DNA from: an uncultured Acidobacteriota bacterium | GTDB lineage: Bacteria; Acidobacteriota; Vicinamibacteria; Vicinamibacterales; CAVVIG01 | Assembly: GCA_963789075.1 (NCBI GenBank) | Contig: CAWBJQ010000014.1 | Span: 332,632-396,631, forward strand | Direction: 5' to 3' | DNA: 64,000 nt | Translations under genes and position numbers: made by a program | Notes under the pieces: model-generated | Told to the model about the DNA's origin: nothing | What the model saw: only the letters and a program-made list of their open reading frames with translations | Databases searched by the model: none | Shown: piece after piece, positions 16,331-25,866 of the stretch | Layout: each line of letters opens with the position of its first letter | How positions within the stretch are numbered: the stretch's first letter is position 1

Positions 16331-18202
16331 ATGGATATCCGACGACGTCTGAGTTTCGCCTCCGCCGTGTCGGTCGCGCTCCTGCTCGCCGGGCAGGCCT
16401 TTACCGCAGGGGACCAGCCGCCGAGCGTCGCCGATCAGTTCACCGATCGCGATGTGATGATTCCCGTTCGCGACGGCGTCCGCCTCCACGCCAGGATTTT
16501 CACCCCGAAGGCGGCGGACGGACCGCTGCCGATCATCATGACGCGCACGCCCTACGGCGTCGGCAATGCCGGCAACAACTTCAAGACGTATTTGAAGGCG
16601 CTGGCCGGCGATGGCTACATCTTCGTGTTCGAGGACATTCGCGGAAAATTCCAGTCCGAGGGGAGCTTCGTGATGCAGCGCCCCGCGCGCGCGCCGGGCG
16701 ACACGAAGTCGCTCGACGAGGGCACCGACACGTACGACACGATCGAGTGGCTGCTCCACAACGTCCCGGGCAACAACGGTCGCGTCGGCATGCTCGGCAT
16801 CTCGTACTCCGGCTGGACGACGATCATGGGAGCGCTCGAGCCGCATCCGGCGCTCAAGGCGATCTCGCCGCAGGCCTCGCCCGCAGACATGTGGCTCGGC
16901 GACGACTTTCATCACAACGGCGCCTTCCGCTTGAGCTATGGCTTCGAGTACGCGTCGATGATGGAAAGCGGAAAGGACGTCCAGCAGTTCTCCTTCGACA
17001 CGTTCGACACCTACGACTGGTACTTGTCGCTGGGACCGCTGGCCAACGTGAACAAAAAGTACCTGCACGAGAAGATCCCGACGTGGAATGACTACGTGGC
17101 GCACCCCGACTACGACGCGTTCTGGAAGCGCCAGACGATGATTCCGTATCTGCGCGAGGTGAAGGTGCCGACGCTGAACGTCGCCGGGTGGTGGGATCAG
17201 GAGGACTTCTACGGCCCGATTCAGATCTACGAGGCGCTCGAGCGGCACGACACGCACCATCTGAATCATCTGGTCGTCGGTCCATGGAATCACGGCGGCT
17301 GGTCCGGCGGCGCCGGCGATCGCCTCGGACCGATCGAATTCGGATCGGCCACCGCGGAATATTTCCGCGACCGGATTCAGGCGCCGTGGTTCGCGTATTT
17401 CCTGAAGGACAAAGGGACGCTCGATCTGCCGGAGGCGCTGACGTTCGAATCCGGGACGAACCGTTGGCAGCGCTGGGACGCCTGGCCGCCGGTGCGCCAG
17501 ACGACGGACCGATCGCTGTACGTCGGAGCGAATCGGACGCTCTCGTTCGATAAGCCGACAGCCGTGGCGCCGACGTTCGACCGCTACGTCTCCGATCCGG
17601 CCCATCCGGTTCCGTACCGCCATCGCCCGATTCAGCCGACGTATTTCCCGGGCGGGTCGAAATGGCCGACGTGGCTCGTCGAGGATCAGCGATTCGTTCG
17701 CGATCGCGCCGACGTCCTCAGCTGGGACACCGGCCCGCTCACGTCGAACGTGTCGATTGCCGGCGAGGTGACGGCCGATCTGTTCGCCTCGACGACGGGC
17801 TCGGACGCGGACTGGATCGTGAAGCTCATCGACGTCTATCCGGAGCAGTACCCGGAGAACTGGGACCTTGCAGGATACGAGCTGATGGTGTCCAACGAAG
17901 TCTTCCGGGGACGCTATCGCCGGAGCCGCGAACGCCCGGAGGCCATCACACCGAAAGCGGTGCTCGAATACGCGTTCAGCCTACACACGCAGAACTACAC
18001 GTTTCTCCAGGGCCACCGCATCATGGTGCAGGTCCAGAGCAGCTGGTTTCCGATCATCGACCGCAATCCGCAGACGTTCGTCAGGAACATCTTCAACGCC
18101 GTGCCCAGCGATTTCCGAGCCGCGACGGTGCAGATTTTTCGGTCGGCTCAGTATCCGTCGCACGTGGTCATCCCCGTGGTGTCGGAGGCGATGCGTCGTT
18201 AG
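16331..18202 (+). CDS. CocE/NonD family hydrolase (S15 Xaa-Pro dipeptidyl-peptidase-like), secreted
   Basis: ATG 16331 follows GGAGGAAG and lies in ORF 15962..18202. The supporting sequence is MDIRRRLSFASAVSVALLLAGQA...PIIMTRTPYG...GRVGMLGISYSGW...WWDQEDFYGP...SWFPIIDRNPQTF. Confidence 0.9.
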   Translation: MDIRRRLSFASAVSVALLLAGQAFTAGDQPPSVADQFTDRDVMIPVRDGVRLHARIFTPKAADGPLPIIMTRTPYGVGNAGNNFKTYLKALAGDGYIFVFEDIRGKFQSEGSFVMQRPARAPGDTKSLDEGTDTYDTIEWLLHNVPGNNGRVGMLGISYSGWTTIMGALEPHPALKAISPQASPADMWLGDDFHHNGAFRLSYGFEYASMMESGKDVQQFSFDTFDTYDWYLSLGPLANVNKKYLHEKIPTWNDYVAHPDYDAFWKRQTMIPYLREVKVPTLNVAGWWDQEDFYGPIQIYEALERHDTHHLNHLVVGPWNHGGWSGGAGDRLGPIEFGSATAEYFRDRIQAPWFAYFLKDKGTLDLPEALTFESGTNRWQRWDAWPPVRQTTDRSLYVGANRTLSFDKPTAVAPTFDRYVSDPAHPVPYRHRPIQPTYFPGGSKWPTWLVEDQRFVRDRADVLSWDTGPLTSNVSIAGEVTADLFASTTGSDADWIVKLIDVYPEQYPENWDLAGYELMVSNEVFRGRYRRSRERPEAITPKAVLEYAFSLHTQNYTFLQGHRIMVQVQSSWFPIIDRNPQTFVRNIFNAVPSDFRAATVQIFRSAQYPSHVVIPVVSEAMRR

Positions 18203-18316
18203 TGTCACGGCTCGGATGTTTCTAGCCTCTGTTGGATTCTTTACGATCTTGCCGCGCCATTGGGCCGCCGGCGATCGTCATCTGCACGGTGGATGACGGT
18301 ACCCTATCATTGACCC

Positions 18317-19360
18317 ATGCACCGCTGTCTCTTGGCTGCCTGTCTCGCCCCAATCGTCTGCCTCGCTGCGCTGACGGCGCAGGAGCCGGCGTTCAAGACG
18401 GGAAACAGCATCGTCGCCGTCTACGCGACCGTCACGAGTGCCGATGGCCGGCTCGTGCCGGATCTGACGCGCGACGCTTTTTCGATCTCCGACAACGGCA
18501 AGCGCCAGGCGCTGACACTCTTCGCCTCCGACGTGCAGCCGATCACCGTGGTGATGCTGATCGATCGGAGCGCAAGCATGCGGCGCCGATTCACACTGGT
18601 GGAGCAGGCGGCCGAGCAGTTCGTCGCTGCGTTGTTGCCCGCCGACAAAGCGCGCATCGGGAGCTTCTCGAACCGAATCGAGGTCGACCCGCGCGACTTC
18701 ACATCGGATCACGAGGAGCTGCTGAAGATTCTCCGCTCGGATCTCCAGGAGGAAGGGCCGACGCCGTTGTGGAACGCCGTCAACGTGGGCATCACAGCGC
18801 TCCTGCATCAGCAGGGAAGGCGCGTGCTGCTCGTGTTCACCGACGGTCACGACAGCCCGATGAATTTCAGCAACACCAACAACTCGTTGAAGGACGTGAT
18901 GAAGCGCGCTGAAGAAGAGGACGTCATGGTGTACGCGATTGGGCTCAGCGGCGGCGAAGGATCCGGCAGCGGATCGTCCGGCCGCGGCGGTTCTGGCGGG
19001 CACGGGGGCACGCGCGGCGGCGGGATGGGTCGGGGCGGCGGCATGGGCCGCGGTGGATTCGGCCAGGGCTCCGGCGGCTATGGCCGTCCGCGGGCCGACG
19101 ACAAGCCGGATGACGGCCTGCCCAAGATTGCGGCAGTGACCGGCGGCGGCTACTTCGAGCTGACGTCCACCGACGATCTCGCCTCGACGTTTGCGCATGT
19201 CGCCGACGAGCTGCACCGGCAGTACGCACTCGGCTTCGCGCCGGAGAAGCTCGACGGCAAGATGCACACGCTCGATGTGCGACTGTCGGACGCGACGCTG
19301 ACCGCGCGCACACGAAAGAGCTATCTCGCCCGGGCGTCTGCCGGCGTCACGCGGCACTGA
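18317..19360 (+). CDS. VWA domain-containing protein (acidobacterial VWFA-related type), secreted
   Basis: A signal peptide is followed by FKTGNSIVAVYATVTSADGRLVPDLTRDAFSISDNGKRQ...ITVVMLIDRSASM...LLVFTDGHDS...VMVYAIGL. A G/R-rich insert is present (GRGGSGGHGGTRGGGMGRGGGMGRGGFGQGSGGYGRP). The end is HRQYALGFAP...HTLDVRL. Confidence 0.9.
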   Translation: MHRCLLAACLAPIVCLAALTAQEPAFKTGNSIVAVYATVTSADGRLVPDLTRDAFSISDNGKRQALTLFASDVQPITVVMLIDRSASMRRRFTLVEQAAEQFVAALLPADKARIGSFSNRIEVDPRDFTSDHEELLKILRSDLQEEGPTPLWNAVNVGITALLHQQGRRVLLVFTDGHDSPMNFSNTNNSLKDVMKRAEEEDVMVYAIGLSGGEGSGSGSSGRGGSGGHGGTRGGGMGRGGGMGRGGFGQGSGGYGRPRADDKPDDGLPKIAAVTGGGYFELTSTDDLASTFAHVADELHRQYALGFAPEKLDGKMHTLDVRLSDATLTARTRKSYLARASAGVTRH

Positions 19361-19899
19361 TGGCGATTGCGGCCACCATCTACACCCTCGACATCGACCT
19401 CGCCGATTCCGATCGTCAGGTGTACGAGACGCTGGCGCTCCGCGTTGCGCGTCATCCCTCGGAGTCCGAAGAGCATCTGGTGGCGCGCGTCCTCGCGTAC
19501 GCCATGGAGCACACCGAAGGGATTGCGTTCTCGCGGGGCGTGTCCGAGCCGGACGAGCCCGCCATCATGGTCCGCGATCTCACGGGCGCGATCCGTTCCT
19601 GGATCGAGGTCGGCTCGCCCGATGCCGGCCGGCTGCACAAGGCGGCCAAGGCCGCGCCGCGAGTGGCCGTCTACACGCACAAGGACACCGCGCAACTGCT
19701 GCGCAATCTGTCGGGCGAGCGCATTCACCGTGCAGCCGACATCGAGTTGTACGCCATCGATCGGACACTGATTGCGGCGCTGATCGCGCGCCTGGATCGG
19801 CGCATGGCGTTCAGCCTCTCGATCAACGAGCGCGAGCTGTACGTGTCGATTGGTCCCGACACGCTCACCGGCGTCGTCACCCGGCATTCGATTGGGTGA
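19360..19899 (+). CDS. yaeQ: YaeQ family protein
   Basis: ATG 19360 overlaps the VWA stop (TGATG). The supporting sequence is MAIAATIYTLDIDLADSDRQVYETLALRVARHPSESEEHLVARVLAYAM...AIRSWIEVGSPDAGRLHKA. Confidence 0.9.
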   Translation: MAIAATIYTLDIDLADSDRQVYETLALRVARHPSESEEHLVARVLAYAMEHTEGIAFSRGVSEPDEPAIMVRDLTGAIRSWIEVGSPDAGRLHKAAKAAPRVAVYTHKDTAQLLRNLSGERIHRAADIELYAIDRTLIAALIARLDRRMAFSLSINERELYVSIGPDTLTGVVTRHSIG

Positions 19900-19909
19900 G
19901 ATCAAGCAA

Positions 19910-20010
19910 TTGGTAAGTTGGTAGATTGGTAAGTTGGTAATGAATGATTCGGGTCAACGAATCGCTCGCCGGCCAAATTACCAAATTACCAAATTACCAA
20001 TTCACCAAAT
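19910..20010. repeat. inverted arrays of AT-rich 8-nt tandem repeats: (TTGGTAAN)x4 ... (CCAAATTA)x4
   Basis: The left arm (19910-19941) is TTGGTAAG TTGGTAGA TTGGTAAG TTGGTAAT. The centre (19942-19972) holds the small hairpin GATTCG/CGAATC. The right arm (19973-20010) is CCAAATTA x3, CCAATTCA, CCAAAT. The arms are complementary at about 7 of 8 positions per unit. Confidence 0.8.
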
Positions 20011-20060
20011 GTATTGACGCCCCAATCGGGTAAGCTAGCGCCTTCCCGGAGGTCCTGCCG

Positions 20061-23000
20061 ATGCCGATACGCCGCCGCCTGCTGACGGTCCTGTCCCTTT
20101 GCCTGCTCGCCCTGCCGCTGCTGGTGCCGCGCGCGATCACCGCCAACGGCGCACAGACACGCCTGCTGCGCTCGCCGACCGTGAGCGCCACGCGGATCGC
20201 CTTCGCGTACGCCAACAATATCTGGACGGTCGATCGCGCCGGCGGCATGGCCCGTCGCGTCACCAGTTTTCAAGGCGAGACGTCCAATCCGCATTTCTCC
20301 CCGGACGGCGCGTGGATCGCCTTCAGCGGTGAGTACGCGGGAAACATCGACGCGTACGTCGTGCCGGCGGAGGGCGGTGAGCCGAAGCGGCTGACCTGGC
20401 ATCCCGGCGCGGATCTGGTTCAGGGGTGGACGCCCGACGGCCAGTCGATCGTGTTCTCGTCGACGCGCGCCACATGGGCGCCGAGCGCGGCGCCGCGCTT
20501 CTGGACGGTGCCGGCCACCGGCGGCATCGAGCAGCCGATGGCGCTGCCGCGCGCCTATCAGGGAAAGATTTCCGCTGACGGGACGCGCATCGCGTACCGC
20601 ATGAACAACTCGTGGGACGAGGAGCGCCGCAACTACCGCGGCGGACAGAACCGTCCGATCTGGATCGTCGACACCAAGACGTACGAGCTCCAGTCGCCGC
20701 CGTGGACCGATTCGAAGGACGTCGATCCCGTCTGGGTGGGCGACACCGTGTATTTCATTTCGGATCGCGACGGCGTGGCGAATGTCTGGGACGTACGAGA
20801 CGAAGACGAAAAAGCTCGCGCAGGCCACGGCGTTCACCGACTTCGACGTGAAGACGCTCGATGCCGGCGCCGGCGCCGTTGTCTTCGAGCAGGCCGGGTA
20901 CGTGCACGAGCTCGACGCCAAGAGCGGCAAAGAGCACACGGTGCCGATCACGGCGACGGGGGACTTTCCCTGGATGATGCCGCGCTGGGAAGACGTCACC
21001 GCGCGGATGACGAACATCGCGCTGTCGCCGACCGGCCGCCGCGTCGCGGTCGAAGCGCGCGGCGAGGTGTTCACGATTCCTGCCGAGAAGGGCGACGTCC
21101 GGAACCTCACGCACTCGAGCGCGTCGGCCGAGCGCGATCCGGCGTGGTCGCCCGACGGTAAGTTCGTGTCGTATTTCAGCGACAAGTCCGGCGAGTACAG
21201 GCTGATCGTCGAGTCGCAGGACGGCATCTCGCCTGCGCGCGAGATCACACTGGACCATCCGACGCATTACTACACGCCGTCGTGGTCTCCCGACTCGAAG
21301 AAGATCCTGTTCAGCGACACGAACCTGAAGGTCTGGGTGGTCGACGTGGAGAGCGGCAAGGCGAAGATGGTCGGCAGCGATCCGTGGATGGTGCCGGCGC
21401 GCACGCTGAATCCGGTGTGGAGTCCCGACTCGAAATGGATCGCGTACGCGGGCCATCTCAACTCGCTGTATCACGCCATCTTCATCACCAACGCGGAGAG
21501 CGGGCAGTCCACGCAGGTCACCGATGGCCTCGCCGACGCGGTGTGGCCGGTCTGGGACGCCGGCGGCAAATATCTCTGGTTCCTCGCGTCCACCGACTTC
21601 GGCATGAAGTCGCAGTGGCTCGACATGACCTCGTACGACCACAACGAGAACTTCGGCCTCTACCTCGCGATCCTGAAGAAAGGCGAAGCGAGCCCGCTGC
21701 TGCCCGAGAGCGACGAGGACAAAGGCGTCGGCAACGCGCCGCCGCGCCAGTCGCCGGATGAGGCGCCCCCAGCAGCGGATCGGACTCCGCGGTCGCCGGT
21801 CTCCGTGTCGATCGATTTCGACAACCTCCAGCAGCGCATCGTCACCGTGGCCGGCATTCCGGAGCGCCAGTATTCACGGCTGAGGCCCGGTGTGGCCGGC
21901 ACCGTCTATTACCTCGAGGCGAATCCTGGCGCGGACGCCGATCCAGCTGAGAGAGGCAACACCCTGCACCGCTATCGTCTGCGCGATCGCCGCGCGTCTG
22001 TGTTCGTCCGGAACGTCGCCGAGTACGACGTCAGCGCGGATGGCCACAAGCTGCTCTACCGCACGCCAGCCGCGCCGGCTGGGCGCGGCGGCGGCGGCGA
22101 CGCCGAGACGAAGCCGGCGATGTTCATTGTTGATGCCGACCGCGCGACGCCCGCCGCCGGCCAGGGCCGGCTCACCGTGACGCTGCGCATGTTCCTTGAG
22201 CCGAAGGAAGAGTTCCGCCAGATCTTCAATGAGGGGTGGCGCAATCAACGCGACTACCTCTATGTGCCGAACATGCACGGCACTGACTGGGTGAAAGACA
22301 AGGAGATGTACGGCGCGATGCTGCCGTACGTGAACCACCGCGCGGATCTGAACTACCTGCTCGACACGATGGGCGCGGAGATTTCCATCGGTCATTCGTA
22401 CGTCCGCGGCGGCGCGATGCCGGATCTGCCGCCGTCGATCGGTGGGCTGCTCGGCGCCGACTTCACGATCGACAACGGCCGCTACCGCGTGGCGCGCATC
22501 TACGACAACGAGAGCTGGAACCCCGACCTGCGCGCGCCGCTCGCCGCGCCCGGCGTCGACGTGTCGGTCGGCGACTACATTGTCGCGATCAACGGCGTGG
22601 AGCTGAAGGCGCCGGACAACATCTATCGTCTGCTCGACGGCACGGCGAACCGCCAGACCGTGCTCGCCGTCAACAGCCGGCCATCCTTGGACGGCGCGCG
22701 GGCCGTCACCGTCGTCCCCGTCGCCAACGAGCAGACGCTGCGAACGCGCGCATGGGTGGAGCACAACCGGCGGCTCGTCGACAAACTGTCGAACGGCCAG
22801 CTCGCGTACGTCTACCTGCCGAACACCGGGCAGCCTGGCTACACGAGCTTCAATCGGTACTATTTCTCGCAGCAGGACAAGAAGGGCGCCGTGATCGACG
22901 AGCGCTACAACGGCGGCGGATCGGCGGCCGACTACATCATCGACGCTCTGCAGCGCGACTTCGACGGCTACTTCAACAACGTCGCCGGCGATCGCACGCC

Positions 23001-23427
23001 GTTCACGAGCCCGGCGGCTGGCGTGTGGGGGCCGAAGGTGATGATCATCAACGAGATGGCCGGCTCAGGCGGTGATCTCATGCCCTACATGTTCAAGCGG
23101 CGCAAACTGGGAACGCTCGTCGGCAAGCGCACGTGGGGCGGCCTCGTCCACACGGCCGACACACCGACGTTCGTCGACGGCGGATCGATGATCGCGCCGC
23201 GGGGCGGTTTCTTCGATCGCGAGGGCAAGTGGGCCGTCGAGAATGAAGGCATCACCCCGGACATCGACGTCGAGAACTGGCCGAAGGACGTGATCGCCGG
23301 CAAGGATCCGCAGCTCGAACGCGCCGTCCAGGAAGCGATGCGGCTGTTGAAAGAACATCCCGTCGAACGGCTGACGAAAGAGCCGCCGCCGCCCACCACG
23401 GGCAAGCGCAAGACGCCGGGGCGCTGA
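20061..23427 (+). pseudogene. tricorn protease homologue (S41 peptidase with TolB-like propellers and PDZ), one +1 frameshift (~20790)
   Basis: ATG 20061 opens frame 0 with a signal peptide, then LLRSPTVSATRIAFAYANNIWTVDRAGG...HFSPDGAWIAFSGEY...YFISDRDGVANVW. An extra G lies in the GGG run 20788-20790. Frame 1 (ORF 20782..23427) then reads TYETKTKKLAQATAFTDFDVKTL...SPDGKFVSYFSD...WSPDSKWIAYAG...IINEMAGSGGD...TWGGLV. Confidence 0.9.
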
Positions 23428-23520
23428 TTCCGCGGTCGAGTCGGCCAGGGCGGCCAGGGGGACGGGTCTGCGTGCAGATAAGGAGACCCGGCCCCGTGCT
23501 GGGATTCGTAAAGATTCCCG

Positions 23521-23549
23521 CTGACAGGCGGATGCCTTCCCGCTAAAAT
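23521..23549 (+). promoter_or_regulatory. candidate sigma70-type promoter for the aminotransferase gene
   Basis: CTGACA (23521-23526), a 17-nt spacer and TAAAAT (23544-23549) lie ~37 nt upstream of ATG 23586. The inverted repeat AAAATGC/GCATTTT overlaps the -10. Confidence 0.3.
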
Positions 23550-23585
23550 GCGGTCAGCATTTTCAGCCTGACGACGGAGGAGCAC

Positions 23586-24779
23586 ATGGACGGTAAGAAC
23601 GGTTTTTCGCGCCGGAACTTCGTGGGACGAGTTGGCATCGCGCTCGGCGCCCTTGGGCTCCGACCGGATTTCGATCTGTTCGCCCAGACGCGCGGTCAGG
23701 CGGCCGGCGCCGCGCCCCGCGCGCGCCTCACGGAGAACGACTACGACGCGCTCGCCAAGCTCGCGAACAACGAAAACCCGTACGGTCCGCCCGAGTCGGT
23801 GATGAAGGCGATGACCGACGCGTTCAAGTATGCCAACCGCTACGGCTATCCGGACGGCGGCATCGTCGAGGCGATCGCCGAGCATCATGGCGTCAAGCCC
23901 GAGAACATCATCATCGGCGCCGGGTCGAGCGAGATTCTGACCATGTCCGACTCGACGTTCCTCTATGGGGGCAAGAAGGTCGTCAGCGTCGAGCCGACCT
24001 ACGCGACGATTTATCAGTACGCGACCAATACGAAGTCGGACGCCATCAAGCTGTCGCTGCGCAAGGACTACGGACAGGACATTCCCGCGTTCATTCACGC
24101 GGTGAAAGAGAACTACCGCGACGTCGGCCTGGTGTATCTCTGCAACCCGAACAATCCCACCGGCGTCATCGTCACGAAGCAGGAAGTGAAGCAGCTCCTC
24201 GACGGTATTCCCGAGGACGTGGTCGTGCTGATCGACGAGGCGTATCACCACTTCATCGACGATCCGAACTACGAGACGTCGGTGCCACACGTCATCGCGG
24301 GGCGTCAGGTCGTCGTCGCGCGGACCTTCTCGAAGATCGTCGGCCTCGCGGGTATGCGTCTCGGCTACGCGGTCGCGCCGAAGGAAATCATCGCGCGGAT
24401 GAAGCCATTCAGCCAGAGCTACAGCGTCAATGCGATCGTGAAGCACGGCGGCGTCGCGGCGCTGAAGGACACGGCGGCGCAGGCGAAAGTCAAAAAGCTC
24501 AACACCGACCTGCGAGCGAAGACCACGAACGAGCTGCAGAGCCTCGGCTACGACGTGATCCCGTCGCAGACCAACTTCTTCATGGTGAATGTTGGCCGCG
24601 ATGTCGTGCCGGTGGCCGAAGAATTCAAGAAGCGCGGCGTCCTCGTGGGGCGTCCGTTCCCGCCGATGAATCAGCACCTGCGCGTGTCCGTCGGCTCGGC
24701 GGACGAGATGAGCCGGTTCATGACCGCCTTCAAGGAGATCTTCCCGGCCAAGGGCAAGACGACGACGGCGGGCCAGTAA
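23586..24779 (+). CDS. pyridoxal-phosphate-dependent aminotransferase (class I/II, HisC-like) with twin-arginine signal
   Basis: ATG 23586 follows GGAGGAG. The Tat-like signal is FSRRNFVGRVGIALGALGL. The aminotransferase body is LANNENPYGPP...GAGSSEIL...YLCNPNNPTG...LIDEAYHHF...RTFSKIVGLAGMRLGY. Confidence 0.9.
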   Translation: MDGKNGFSRRNFVGRVGIALGALGLRPDFDLFAQTRGQAAGAAPRARLTENDYDALAKLANNENPYGPPESVMKAMTDAFKYANRYGYPDGGIVEAIAEHHGVKPENIIIGAGSSEILTMSDSTFLYGGKKVVSVEPTYATIYQYATNTKSDAIKLSLRKDYGQDIPAFIHAVKENYRDVGLVYLCNPNNPTGVIVTKQEVKQLLDGIPEDVVVLIDEAYHHFIDDPNYETSVPHVIAGRQVVVARTFSKIVGLAGMRLGYAVAPKEIIARMKPFSQSYSVNAIVKHGGVAALKDTAAQAKVKKLNTDLRAKTTNELQSLGYDVIPSQTNFFMVNVGRDVVPVAEEFKKRGVLVGRPFPPMNQHLRVSVGSADEMSRFMTAFKEIFPAKGKTTTAGQ

Positions 24780-24783
24780 CATC

Positions 24784-24825
24784 TCAGATTTCAGATTTCA
24801 GATTTCAGATTTCAGATTTCAGATT
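24784..24825 (+). repeat. tandem heptamer (TCAGATT)x6
   Basis: Six perfect copies start 5 nt after the TAA stop (24777-24779). The repeat is 29% GC in a ~68% GC background. Confidence 0.9.
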
Positions 24826-24864
24826 GGGCGGCGGTTCGAAGGGATCGCCGCCCTTTTTGTTTTC
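24826..24864 (+). terminator. rho-independent terminator
   Basis: The stem pairs GGGCGGCG (24826-24833) with CGCCGCCC (24846-24853) around a 12-nt loop. TTTTTGTTTT follows. Confidence 0.75.
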
Positions 24865-24901
24865 TGCCACGCACCCTCGGTATCAGCCGTTGGATGATCA
24901 C

Positions 24902-24927
24902 GTAGGGGCGGACCTGTGTGTCCGCCC
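24902..24927 (+). repeat. REP-like hairpin GTAG-GGGCGGAC-ctgtgt-GTCCGCCC
   Basis: The 8-bp stem spans 24906-24913 and 24920-24927. It has the same GTAG-prefixed GC hairpin architecture as the elements at 43370 and 60616. Confidence 0.5.
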
Positions 24928-24948
24928 GAGCAGGCCGAGGTTTGAACG

Positions 24949-25681
24949 ATGAGCGACGTGCGGATGAACGAGCTGGGACAACCGATCGGCGCGGCGCTCA
25001 GTGGCTGGAATGCGCCGTCTCGTCCGCCGCGAACGCCGATGTCCGGCGCGTACTGCCGCGTCGAGCCGCTCGACGCCGAGCGGCACGCGGCCGAGCTGTT
25101 CGAGGCCAACCGGCTCGACACGGCCGGGAAGATGTGGACGTATCTCGCCTACGGCCCGTTCGACACGCCCGATGCCTATCGCGCGATGGGTGCAGCGGAT
25201 GTCGACGAGCGACGATCCGCTGTTCTTCGCCGTGATCGATTCCGCGAGCGCCAGAGCCGTCGGCGTCGCGAGCTACCTGCGGATCGATCCGCCCAACGGC
25301 GCGATCGAAGTCGGGCACATCGCGTATTCGCCGCCGCTCCAGCAGACGCGTGCGGCGACCGAGGCGATGTACCTGATGATGCAGCGGGCATTCGCGCTGG
25401 GCTATCGCCGCTACGAGTGGAAATGTGACGCGTTGAACGCCGCATCGCGCGCGGCCGCGCAGCGCTTAGGGCTCTCGTATGAAGGCGTCTTTCGTCAGGC
25501 GTCCGTATACAAGGGGCGCAACCGCGACACCGCATGGTACGCCGCGATCGATCGCGACTGGCCGCGGCTCGACGCGGCGTTCAGGTCCTGGCTGAATCCT
25601 GAGAATTTCGACGCTGATGGACGGCAACGCGAGCGTCTCTCTGAGCTGACGGGCGGCAGCCTTCGTGCCAGGCCGACCTAG
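24949..25681 (+). pseudogene. GNAT family N-acetyltransferase (RimJ/RimL-like), one +1 frameshift (~25186)
   Basis: ATG 24949 opens frame 1 with MSDVRMNELGQPIGAALSGW...YCRVEPLDAERHAAELFEAN...WTYLAYGPFDTPDAYRA. An extra base lies at ~25186. Frame 2 then reads WVQRMSTSDDPLFFAVIDSASARAVGVASYLRIDPPNGAIEVGHIAYSPPLQQTRAATEAMYLMMQRAF.LGYRRYEWKCDALNAASRAAAQRLGLSYEGVFRQ. Confidence 0.85.
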
Positions 25682-25866
25682 AACGCGTTGCAAACACTCG
25701 CGCTCGCGGGTGGCCGCGAACGGGGCCGCCCCGCCGGGCGCGGAGGCGTGAGCCGTGGTCATGGCTTTTCGCCGAGCACCCGGTGGGGCTGTTCGCGGAC
25801 AGGACCCGCCACGGCGAATTTCGCAACGCGCTCTTCGTTACGAAACCTGGCTGCCGCGTGAGAGCT

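Noticed and set aside
20781-20800. Programmed ribosomal frameshifting as an explanation for the split genes.
   Set aside because: No shared slippery motif or downstream stimulatory structure occurs at the roughly 25 sites. They fall in unrelated genes at arbitrary positions, some several per 100 nt.
24784-24825. The tandem heptamer and octamer arrays (24784, 30646, 19910) as CRISPR or other spacer-containing arrays.
   Set aside because: The units are 7-8 nt and contiguous, with no spacers. No cas genes or leader are present.
24833-24840. GGTTCGAA, a tRNA T-loop-like motif.
   Set aside because: It lies in the loop region of a terminator hairpin. There are no acceptor, D or anticodon arms around it, and no intergenic space in the window is large or structured enough for a tRNA.
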